A stretch of DNA of 20,000 nucleotides from Reclinomonas americana ATCC 50394 (taxonomy: Eukaryota): positions 136,914 through 156,913 of the forward strand of contig PS015118.1 of NCBI GenBank assembly GCA_048213135.1, written 5' to 3'. The notes under the pieces are model-generated. The model was given only the letters and a program-made list of their open reading frames with translations. It searched no databases and was not told the origin of the DNA. The number at the start of each line of letters is the position of its first letter. The stretch's first letter is position 1. Of the stretch, positions 11,601-20,000 are shown piece by piece. The translations under genes were made by a program, and so were the position numbers.

Positions 11601-14600
11601 AGAGGGGAAAGGGAGGAAGGGCGAGAGTGGGGAGAGACCGGAGAGTGATTGGGAAGGAAGGGTACAGAGGAAAGGGAGGAGAGGGAGGAGGGAAGAATGG
11701 GAGATGACATGCGTATGTAGGAGAGCAAACAAGGATGGTGAATGTACACGGAGAGAGAAAGGAAGAGAAGGACACGAGGCAAGAAGGAAGAATGTGATGT
11801 CTATTGCGTGTGGGAGAATGACGAAGTAGCGGGATACTTTGAGAAGACGAATGAGGGAAACACTGAGGGCAAGAAGGAAGAATGAGAAAGGAGAACGTGA
11901 TACATAGTGGAAGATGAAGAGAAAGAATAGGAGGGGAGGCGGATGTCGGGGAGATGAGATGTGTGTGGGGGGAACGGAGAGTGATACTTGGGGAGGGAAA
12001 AGAAGGGAAAGACTGAAGGCAAGAAGGAAGCATGGGAAAGGAGAACGGAGAGGGAGAACAAGAGAAATAACGGGAGGGAAGAGGGAAGAATGGGAAAGGC
12101 AAATGGCGAAGGAGTGTGCAACACGGAGAGGGAGAACAAGAGAAATAACTTGAGGGTGGAAGAAAAAATGGGGAAAGGAAAATGGAGAGGGAGTGTGTTA
12201 CACGGAGAGGGAGAACAAGAGAAATAACGGGAAGGAAGAAGAAAAAATGGGGAAAGGAGAACGGAGAGAGAGAACGTGATACATAGAGGAAGATGACGAG
12301 AAAGAGTAGGAGGGGAGGCGAATGTCGGGGAGATGAGACGTGTGTGGGGGAACGGAGAGTGATACACGGAGAGGGAGAACAAGAGAACGGGAAGGAAGAA
12401 GAAAAAATGGGGAAAGGAAAATGAAGAGGAAGTGTGGAGAAGGAGAACCAGAGAAATGATGAGAGGGAAGGAGAAGGAATTGGATATCAACTGTGTGGAA
12501 GAACAAAGAGAGTGTAATAACAGGAGACGGATAGGACGAGAAATAGTGGAAGGGAAGGAGAAGGAATTGGATATCATCTGTGTGGGAGAACGGAGAGGGA
12601 GTGTAGTAACTGGAGACGGATAGGACGAGAAATAGTGGAAGAAGAACGGAGAGAGAGTGTAATAACTGGAGACGAAAAGGACGAGAAATAGTGGAGCGAG
12701 AGATAAGAAATGAGTGTGCGGGAGAACGGAAATGGATCGTAGTTTACAGTGGGGGCATCATACAAAGAGAGAGAGAGAGATGTGGCCGGGTATGAGTCTG
12801 ACGTGAGCTGTCCTGCAGGAGAATGAGAGTGAGTGAGAGCAAAAAGAGAAACAGCAGCAGTGTCATTGAAACTGTGTGCGCGTTGATGCAAGTGTCTCAC
12901 ATGATTGCCTACAGGAGTAATCATGGCGCCTGTGGTGTGGATCGTCTCGCAAATCTTCAAACGCACACCACGCTTGGTTCTGGAGATACCATCAAACGTG
13001 CACGAACTGAAGCGCACACCGGAGTCAGGGGAAGTGACGTCGATCGACATGCCGGCTGCTCATGACGTGTCCGACGTGGAGCGTGCAGAGTCTGATCGCA
13101 GCACTTCGTCTCGATCGGACTCGCCGACTCGCAAGGTAATGTCTGATGCATGTAGGCCAAGTTGCTGTGGATCCGCTGATGGTGACTGTGTGTGTGCGCG
13201 CGTTTGTGCAGAAACATCACGGTTTGCTTGCTGCTCCCCAGTTCCGGCATTTGTCACTGCCTCGGCCACTGCCGCCACCACCTGCAGCAGCAGCAGCAGC
13301 AACACCAACCACAGCAATGCGTGGTTCTCGGCTTGGTGGGCGTGGCGGTTCTGGCATGCACTGGCTCACGGCCATGTCTCTGCTGCGGAAGAACGATGTG
13401 TTTGGCGCGTTTTTGCATTACGCGCAGCATGGGAGGGAGAGTGCAGTTGCGTCGGAAGGGGGGGAGAGGAGGAGGGAGGGAAGGGAGAAGAGATGGAAAA
13501 TGAGGAGAATAGGTTGGAGGAAAGGATTGGGGAACAGGAAGGTTGATGGCTTGGGAATGAGGCAACCGATTGTTGACTGCTGATCATATTGTCCGCCAGG
13601 TCCCCATTGGATACTCGCTGGCTGCACTGCAGCGCGAGTTTTTCGAGTGGACACACAGCGCGGGGACGGGTGAAGGAACCTCACTGCAGGAGATGTCTGC
13701 CGATGAGTTCCAACGACAGTGGCTGGCGCAGTATGCTGCCGCCGCCACGGCTTCGGCGGCTGCCGGTGATCAGCTGGAGTCACGTGCTCGTCTGCTTGCG
13801 TTTGTGACTGACAGGCAGTTGAATGGCGATGTGAGTGCGCCGCCTTCGGTTGGAGGTGGACTTGCGTCTGTACGCATGAGTCGCACGGCTCTGACTAGCA
13901 GGTGAGTCGAAGAGAGGAGAAGGGGAAAGAAGGAAAAGGGAAGCGAGAGAAGGATGGAGAGGAGATGGGAAAGGAGAAGGGGAAAGAAGGGTAAGGGAAG
14001 ATAGAGGTAGAGAGAGACGGAGGAAGAAGAGAGAGAAAAAGTTGGGGAACGAGGGCAAAGAGTGGATGAAGGATTCGGCGAAGATAAAGGAGGAGAAGGG
14101 AAGAGAAGTGAGAAGAGAAGGCAGATAAAGTGAGAGAGGGGGGAAGGGAAAGTGAAGTGAATGAGAGACCAAAAGGAGGATAGAAAGGAGAAGGGACAGA
14201 AAGGAGAAGAGAATGGGGAGAGAAGTGGGGAAGAGAACAGAAGGGAGAAGAGAGGGGAGGGGGAATGAAGAGAATGAGAGACCAAAAGAGAGAAGAGAAC
14301 TGGACGAAGGTGAAGGAGGAGAAGGGAAGAAGAGGGATAAGAAGAAAAGGGAAGGGAAGAGATGAGGGGGGAAGGGAAAGTGAAGAGAATGAGAGGCCAT
14401 CAAGAGAAAAGAAAGCAGAAGAGACAGAAGGAGAAGAGGCTGGGGAGAAGCGTGGAGAAGAAAAGGGAACAGAGAGAAGAACGGAGAGGAGAAGAGAAGA
14501 AAGAGAGAAATGACAAAAAAAGAGATGAGAGAGAAGGGAAGAAGATGGATGAGAAGAAAAGGGAAGGGATGAGAAGAGAGAAAAGAGGGGAGGGAAAGTG

Positions 14601-17600
14601 AAGAGAATGAGAGACCACAGAGAAGAGAAAAAGGAGAAGAGAAAGAAAGGAGAAGAGAATGGGGAGAGGAGTGGAGAAGGAAGATTGGAGAAAAGAGGAT
14701 AACAGAGCGACAGAATGAGGAGAAGAGAGTAAAAGGAGAAGTTAACGAAGATGCGAAGAGAACGGAGAAGAAAGAGAGAGAAACGGAGCCAAAAAGAGAA
14801 GAGAGCGAGGAGAAAAGTGAGAATGGATAACAGGAAGAAAGGGAAGAGTGAGAAAGGGGAAGAGAAGGGAGCGAGGAGAAGAGAGTAAAAGGGAAAGTAA
14901 AGGAAGAGGAGGTGAAAACGGAGAAGAAAGAGAGAGAGAAACGGAGACAAAAGGAGAGGCGAACGATGAGACGACAGACTGATGATAACAGACCGAGAAG
15001 AGGAGTGAGAAAGGAGAAGAGGAAGTGGAGAGGAGAAACACAGAGGATAAAAGTTAAGAAAGGGAGGATAGAAGAACGAGGAAAAGAGAGAGTGGAGAGG
15101 AGAACGAAAATGAATATGTGAGTGAGATGGAGGTACAATTCATTGCGGAGGGAAGAGTGTTTTTTTGGCGTACATCTCATGCGTCTCTCTCTTTCCTCAC
15201 CCACCCAGTGCCGGCAGCCCCATGTCACCGAGCCCATGGCTCTCCATCATGCCACTCTCGCCCCACTATGTCGCCGAATTCCAACAAAATGACAATGACG
15301 ACGGCGACTCGACAGCAATGAAGGTGCGTCCGCTTGCGTTCAATCTTCCATGGCACAGTCAGCCCGCTAACACACTTGCGCTCAGGCGCCGCTGGTGGTA
15401 CGAAATGTGGACCTCCATCGCGTGCGAGTGCTTGCTTTGCTGCGACAACAGGACGTGATTGGAGCCTGGTTGTACTACATGACGAACATTCGACTGCCGA
15501 CTGTGTCGGTAGGTCGCTCCGTGAGCATTGTTAGTCAGCAGATTGTTCTGGTGTTGCTAACTTGCGGTATATCAGGTGACGCAGAGTGCCGGTTCATTTT
15601 CACTGGTGGCGTTGCTCCGCGAGTTCATGTCGTGGCGGCGCTCAGCCGTCGCACAGGCTGACGGTGATGCGGCCGCTGCGACCGTCTCCGAAGAAGACTT
15701 TGTGCGCTTGTGGCGTGAGCAGCAACAGCGACAAGTAGACGATGATGACAGAGCTTCAACATTGGCCTCGTTCTTGACTGCGAATCGCATCGTGGATGAC
15801 GTGAGCGGTGTGATGAGGTAAGTAACTGCAGTTCGTCATTCTTGCATGCTGTCGTTGGCTAACAAATTCAATGCACAGAGGGGAAACCGGCGCATCGTCA
15901 GTGTCTTCAAGGTCAGTTGTGCCAACTGTTGTCGTTGCTGTTCTATCCATGTGATTACTGACCTCTTATTTCCAGCGCTCTTGCCCTCTCGTCGCCGCCT
16001 GTTCATGTTGCGCTTCACTCTTGTATCAATGCACTCACCAAGCGGATTCACTCATCGCTGTTTTGTAATGTGCCTGCAGCGCGCCGAACCGTGGCCATTG
16101 GCGCGTGCTGGTGGACCGCAACCGGGTGGTGGTGTCGTTGTTCATGTGGATGGCTCTCACTTGGCATTGGAGCCTGGTTTCTCGACTCATGTCGATGAGA
16201 ATGGGTGAGTGTGGAGAGGAGATGGAGAACAAGAAGGAGAAGGGGAAGGAGAAGGAGGACAAGAAGGAGAAGGAGAAGGAGAAGGAGGAGAAAGGAGGGT
16301 AAAAGGAGAAGGAACGAGGTGGAAAAGAAAGAATTTGCGGGGAGGAGGAGGAAAGGAAGATGGAGTAGAAGAGGAGAAAGAGAACGAGGATGCTAAAGGA
16401 TTAAGGTGAGAAATGAGTGCAAGGAGACGAAGAGAAGAAAGGAGGCTGAGGAGGCGTAGGAGGACGAGGGAGGAGGAAGAGAAAGCAAGAGGGAACAGAA
16501 GAACATGTAAAGGGCAGGGAAAGAAGATACCGATGAAAATGAAAGGAAGCAGGAGAAGAAAAAGGAAGACGAGGAAGAGGATGGAGAGGGGAGAAAGAGA
16601 ACAGGAAGAAGGAAGCAGAAGAACAAGTAAAGGCAGGAGAAATAGAAGACGAAGGTGCTGGGAACAAGAATGTGGAAGGAGAAGAAAGGCAAGAAGAAAA
16701 AAGGCAAGAAGAAGAAGAAGAAGAAGGATTGAGAAGACAGAAGCGGAAGAGCAGATGCGTGAGAGGAGAAAACGAGAAAGGCATGTAGGAAAAGCAAGGA
16801 GGAGAAAGAAAGAATATGGAAACAGATTAGCGACGAAGAGCAGAAGAAGACGAGCGAGGCGAAAAGGAAGGGAAGAAGAAATAGGGGAGGGGTTANNNNN
16901 NNNNNNNNNNNNNNNGAAGGAAGGGTAAGGACAAGGGAGTAGAAGAAGGAAATGAAGAAGAGGAAAGGAAGGAGGAGCGGTCAAGGGGGAAGAAAAAAAG
17001 GAAAAGATACGAGGATGAAGACGAACGCAAATGTGAAAGCGGATGAGGAAGAGGAGAAAGAAAGGCAAGAAGGAGATGAAGAAAACCGAGAATAATGAAA
17101 CGGAAGAGCAGATATGTGGGAAGAGAAGACGAGAAAGGCGAAGAAGCAAGGAGAAGAAAGAAAGAATAAGGAAGCAGATTAGCAATGAAGAGCAGAAGAA
17201 GACGAGAGAGACGAAAAGGAAAGGAAGAGGGGAGGGGTTAGAAGGAAGGGTAAGGACAAGGGAGTAGAGGAAGGAATTGAAGAAGAGGAAAGGAAGGAGG
17301 AGCGAGAAGGGGGAANNNNNNNNNNNNNNNNNNNNGAAAAAGGAAAAACAAGGGTGAACACGAAAGCAAATGTGAAAGCGGATGAGAAAGAGGGGGGAAG
17401 AAGAAAAACTGAGAAGAAGGAAGCGGAAGAGCAGATATGTGGGAAGAGAATGCGAGACAAGGCGTGGAAGTAAAGTTAGGAGGAGAAAGAAAGAAGAACG
17501 ATGAAGGTAGGAAAAGTAAATGAAGGGAAGAAGCAACAGAAGAAGAAAGACGAGGAAGAGGATGAGAAGGAATGGGTAAGGACACGGAAGAGAAGGACGA

Positions 17601-18278
17601 TGAAAGAGGAAGAAAAACGAAGGAGAAAACGAAGAAAATGAAGGACGATGAAGAAGAAGAAGAGAATGACAAGATGGAAAACCAGGTGGTGGTAGAGGAG
17701 GAGACAAGGTAGCAATGGCAACCTGGAGAAAAGTACGCATGTCTATGTTGATGTGACCTATTCACCTTTGGTATGCACGCAGCCGCAACAGCCAAGCGTC
17801 TGATTCGTCTCAAAGGCAAGACTTTTTGTGCTTGTTATTTATTAGGTTGTGTCTCACGTTATTTTGCCCATGCAGTTCACACGCTGGCGACACCCCACTG
17901 CGTTCGCCGCACTCGACAAGTGCACAAGATGTCTCCGCCATACCGTCTGCTTCGGTAATTGGTCGTTGTTGCAGTCGCCATGCTTTGTGCTTGCATCTCA
18001 AGCGACACTTGTGTCCAGAGCACGGCAATGTGGCAGCGAGTGCGCACACTGTTAGCCGACCAACAGCGAACGCGCAATATCGTGCCGATGCTGGAGCCGG
18101 TGGAGAATGAGAACAGACATGTGAGAGCGTGTGAAAATGCGGAAGGAGGCGGGAAACAAGGGCGTCACTGAGTGTTTTTTTGTCGCGCAGGTCGGTGAAG
18201 TGAGTTATCCCGTTCAGATCAGCGCGCTGGGCAACTCTGGGCGTCGGAGGCGGCAGGTTAAGGGGACATTGCCAGTGG
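1..18278 (+). CDS. Giant multi-exon polycystin-1/REJ-like membrane protein gene (partial; about 49 exons, about 2,400 aa in window; six exons lie in two reversed blocks)
   Basis: Hand-spliced exon chain with GT-AG sites and consistent phases. Motifs appear in the order expected for the PKD1 family: REJ, GAIN/GPS (CxYW...W...GC...CxCNHM|TDF), TM1, DxHxWxS...FxRxQRxT, TM2, TM3, KxxLP. No start or stop codon for the gene is in the window. Confidence 0.88.
2731..4525 (+). CDS. Exons 8-12: two fibronectin-type-III-like modules
   Basis: Exons 2731-3050, 3139-3203 (both with tentative boundaries), 3267-3305, 4231-4320, 4392-4525. Peptides SPC...VLCVVTGLLPNTNYTFSV and SPC...VLCTLAGLEAATGYYDFYV match the FN3 strand E-F signature (GLxPxTxYxFxV). 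Confidence 0.65.
3306..3830 (+). repeat. Intronic polypurine tract with (GAGAGG)n runs
   Basis: Mostly G/A, with hexamer runs at about 3440-3512 and 3563-3605. Confidence 0.9.
3975..4161 (+). repeat. (GAGT)n tetranucleotide microsatellite, imperfect
   Basis: Direct reading of gagtgagtgagt..., with occasional gcagt and gaaa interruptions. Confidence 0.95.
4610..5078 (+). CDS. Exons 13-15: N-terminal part of REJ domain
   Basis: Exons 4610-4642, 4710-4914, 4982-5078. LVDPD...VFNWGC and PGRYIFSC...GARSKQASSDVVV resemble the REJ motifs DPD...F-x-W-x-C and G-x-Y-x-F...RS..AS..V.V. Confidence 0.75.
5353..6048 (-). CDS. Exons 16-18 of the same gene (REJ core) in a reversed, gap-bounded block
   Basis: Minus-strand exons 6048-5910 (VSESPV...ARLNPLRSISV...RYSWRAYAK), 5732-5568 (...GGTLTGGLQYVFELW...) and 5487-5353 (VTLNINDLPTVGTLEVTPLSGVARSTAFTFTMSEFIDVDLP). 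The last matches the REJ hallmark N-x-P-P-x-G-G...V-x-P-x-x-G-x-A-x-x-T-x-F...D-x-D-x-P. GT-AG sites are on the minus strand, and phases match the plus-strand exons ending at 5078 (phase 0) and starting at 6555 (phase 1). Confidence 0.85.
6555..7064 (+). CDS. Exons 19-21: C-terminal REJ region and start of helical GAIN-A-like region
   Basis: Exons 6555-6598 (VTYLPFYVHPLYGYK), 6671-6757, 6821-7064 (VGVSARDTYGGA, matching the REJ V-x-V-x-x-x-D-x-x-G-A motif). Confidence 0.8.
7069..7347 (+). repeat. Intronic (GAGAGG)n/(GA)n polypurine tract running into a gap
   Basis: Direct reading. Confidence 0.92.
8066..9235 (-). CDS. Exons 22-24 of the same gene (GAIN region) in a second reversed, gap-bounded block
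   Basis: Minus-strand exons 9235-9005 (TFSAMIDNTLSAVS...SMQLVAAHFS...GVQ), 8479-8305 (FIAFSNM...QYQFPP...) and 8244-8066 (LSPYPAPRNTTVLGSPIQRVTLQNAYGQPLAL...RPQL). The final donor GTACGT is phase 0, matching the plus-strand acceptor at 9336. Confidence 0.8.
9337..9870 (+). CDS. Exons 25-28: end of GAIN domain with GPS autoproteolysis motif
   Basis: Exons 9337-9448, 9518-9574, 9646-9724, 9788-9870. They encode CVYWNETQSAWRSDGCST-YARV...SFVCLCNHM|TDFSV, with 4 Cys, 2 Trp and the H-M|T triad. The predicted scissile bond is between the codons at 9851/9852. Confidence 0.92.
9881..10331 (+). repeat. Intronic GA-rich low-complexity tract
   Basis: Direct reading; lies between the donor at 9871 and the acceptor at 10415. 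Confidence 0.85.
10416..13135 (+). CDS. Exons 29-37: TM1, first cytoplasmic loop, PKD1 signature, TM2 and TM3
   Basis: Exons 10416-10452, 10513-10580, 10656-10794, 10861-10913, 10983-11033, 11101-11184, 11251-11321, 11386-11503, 12915-13135. TM1 is FVIVVLIQVIYLVQLYIGY followed by KLD. Then DNHSWMSTIVCPNADRFRRTQRTT, TM2 LWFAVCLALYCNAVF, and TM3 ELLIGVISGVIMAPVVWIVSQIFKR. Confidence 0.85.
11508..12730 (+). repeat. Purine-rich intron with (GGGGAAA)n and nested direct repeats
   Basis: A roughly 96-bp unit occurs at 11891-11987 and 12270-12365. ACGGAGAGGGAGAACAAGAGAA occurs four times (about 12045, 12123, 12202, 12366). GGACGAGAAATAGTGGA occurs three times in 12530-12695. Confidence 0.85.
13212..15817 (+). 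CDS. Exons 38-42: cytoplasmic loop containing two copies of an unrecognised roughly 115-aa helical domain
   Basis: Exons 13212-13445, 13600-13901, 15209-15323, 15386-15508, 15576-15817. Phases are consistent and the internal peptide repeat is visible by eye. Confidence 0.78.
13910..15110 (+). repeat. Purine-rich intron with degenerate direct repeats
   Basis: A GGGAAAGTGAAGAGAATGAGAGACCA-like unit recurs at about 14146, 14261, 14374 and 14592. Confidence 0.8.
15879..18278 (+). CDS. Exons 43-49: Ser/Pro-rich remainder of cytoplasmic loop, ending RRRRQVKGTLPV before the expected TM4
   Basis: Exons 15879-15911, 15976-16006, 16080-16204, 17783-17815, 17876-17954, 18019-18120, 18191-18278. This was the only stop-free phase chain I found. 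A basic K-x-x-L-P precedes TM4 in PKD1-family proteins. Confidence 0.65.
16210..17710 (+). repeat. Purine-rich intron with a degenerate tandem duplication of roughly 330-360 bp (about 2.5 copies)
   Basis: CGGAAGAGCAGAT recurs at about 16744, 17101 and 17424. The downstream CAGATTAGC...GAAGAGCAGAAGAAGACGAG...GGGGTTA-GAAGGAAGGGTAAGGACAAGGGAGTAGA is shared by copies 1 and 2. Confidence 0.85.
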
Positions 18279-20000
18279 GTGAGTGGAGAAGGGGAAGGGG
18301 GTTGGGAGGGATGGAGAGGGATGGGGAGAAGGGGATAAGTGGAAAGGGAGGGGGAAGGGAAGGGGAGAAGAGAAGACGAGACCGGGAGGGAAGAAGGGAA
18401 AGGAAAATGATTGGATGAACCTGCAAGGTGAGGAGAAAGGTGGGAGGAACAAGCGGGGGAGGGAGGTCTGGAAAAGGGAAGTGGAAGTGAAGGAAGAATA
18501 GGGAAAAAGTGGAACAAAACTCAAAGGGAGTNNNNNNNNNNNNNNNNNNNNNNNNNNNNNNNNNNNNNNNNNNNNNNNNNNNNNNNNNNNNNNNNNNNNN
18601 NNNNNNNNNNNNNNNNNNNNNNNNNNNNNNNNNNNNNNNNNNNNNNNNNNNNNNNNNNNNNNNNNNNNNNNNNNNNNNNNNNNNNNNNNNNNNNNNNNNN
18701 NNNNNNNNNNNNNNNNNNNNNNNNNNNNNNNNNNNNNNNNNNNNNNNNNNNNNNNNNNNNNNNNNNNNNNNNNNNNNNNNNNNNNNNNNNNNNNNNNNNN
18801 NNNNNNNNNNNNNNNNNNNNNNNNNNNNNNNNNNNNNNNNNNNNNNNNNNNNNNNNNNNNNNNNNNNNNNNNNNNNNNNNNNNNNNNNNNNNNNNNNNNN
18901 NNNNNNNNNNNNNNNNNNNNNNNNNNNNNNNNNNNNNNNNNNNNNNNNNNNNNNNNNNNNNNNNNNNNNNNNNNNNNNNNNNNNNNNNNNNNNNNNNNNN
19001 NNNNNNNNNNNNNNNNNNNNNNNNNNNNNNNNNNNNNNNNNNNNNNNNNNNNNNNNNNNNNNNNNNNNNNNNNNNNNNNNNNNNNNNNNNNNNNNNNNNN
19101 NNNNNNNNNNNNNNNNNNNNNNNNNNNNNNNNNNNNNNNNNNNNNNNNNNNNNNNNNNNNNNNNNNNNNNNNNNNNNNNNNNNNNNNNNNNNNNNNNNNN
19201 NNNNNNNNNNNNNNNNNNNNNNNNNNNNNNNNNNNNNNNNNNNNNNNNNNNNNNNNNNNNNNNNNNNNNNNNNNNNNNNNNNNNNNNNNNNNNNNNNNNN
19301 NNNNNNNNNNNNNNNNNNNNNNNNNNNNNNNNNNNNNNNNNNNNNNNNNNNNNNNNNNNNNNNNNNNNNNNNNNNNNNNNNGGGAGAAAGACAGTGGGGG
19401 ATGTGAGGGCAAAAGTGGAAGAGGAAATGCACGGTGGACGAAGGTGGGAATGGAAAATGGGAAGATGGAGGAGGAGGGAGAGTGGACAGTGCGTGTGAGA
19501 GCAGAAATGACAGCACTGTGTAATGGCAGTGATTGACGTTGATGTGGAGGGGAAAAGGAACAGCAAAGGTGGAAGAGCTTGAGAGAGGCAAGAGGAATGT
19601 TGAAAGAGGAGAGTATCAGTGTTTGAAGGCACTGTATGAAGGCAGTGAGTGATCTTGATGTTGATATGGAGAGGGAAACGGGGAACCTGGATGAGCTTGA
19701 GAGGCAAGAGAAATGTGGAAAGAGGAGAGGGCAGAGGATTAGGGGAAAGGGATAAAAAAGGGAAGGATGCAGAGAAAGACGCAGAGGAAATGACAATGGA
19801 GATGCAGATGAATAGACGAGATACGAGAAATGTAGAAGGCGAAGAGGGAAGAAGAGTAAGGGGGAAGGGAATGGAATGGGAGTGTCGAAGAAAAAGTGAC
19901 GCGGGATGGGGTGGGTGGGAAAGGACAGTGGAGATGCAGATAGAAAGACGAGAGGCAAGAGGAAAGTAAAAGGGAAAGAGGGAACAAGATTAAGGCGGAA
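18279..20000 (+). repeat. Purine-rich intronic sequence interrupted by an 850-N gap
   Basis: Donor GTGAGT at 18279, followed by GA-rich sequence. No convincing exon in 19382-20000. Confidence 0.7.

Noticed and set aside
12040-12700. CRISPR-like spaced direct repeats
   Set aside because: Spacing is irregular, units are degenerate and purine-only, the spacers are themselves repetitive, the context is a eukaryotic intron, and there are no cas genes.
9646-13000. Adhesion GPCR (GPS plus 7TM)
   Set aside because: The GPS is followed by one TM, a roughly 95-aa loop and the PKD1-type DxHxWxS...FxRxQR motif, and is preceded by REJ. No compact 7TM bundle is present.
16080-16204. Alternative frame ...VVVSLFMWMALTWHWSLVSRL... 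as an extra TM helix
   Set aside because: That frame leads to a stop in the downstream exon chain (TAG at about 18053), while the RAEPWPL... frame stays open to the KGTLP motif.
11500-17819. Minus-strand F/L/S/P-rich ORFs up to about 500 aa resembling membrane proteins
   Set aside because: They are the antisense of polypurine introns; hydrophobicity follows from CT-only codons.

Overview
Eukaryotic, intron-dense draft-assembly sequence with seven N gaps; the organism cannot be identified from the sequence, though a unicellular eukaryote is plausible. Almost the whole window is the middle of one giant gene, with both ends outside the window or in gaps. I traced about 49 exons (about 7.3 kb, about 2,400 aa) by hand using GT-AG sites and reading-phase continuity. 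The product is polycystin-1/REJ-like. In order it has at least 7 tandem two-Cys IPT/TIG-like repeats, 2 FN3-like modules, a REJ domain, a GAIN domain with an intact GPS (CVYW...W...GC...CLCNHM|TDF), TM1, no recognisable PLAT/LH2 domain, the PKD1 motif DNHSWMS...FRRTQRT, TM2-TM3, and a roughly 550-aa cytoplasmic loop carrying an unrecognised duplicated helical domain. It ends at KGTLP, just before the expected TM4. Two gap-bounded blocks (5337-6054 and 8051-9264) carry six of the exons on the minus strand. Three of their four junctions join in frame once the blocks are flipped, so these are most likely mis-oriented contigs. Long introns are strongly purine-rich on the sense strand and contain micro- and minisatellites. 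Most long ORFs in the supplied track are artefacts of these repeats or of N runs.
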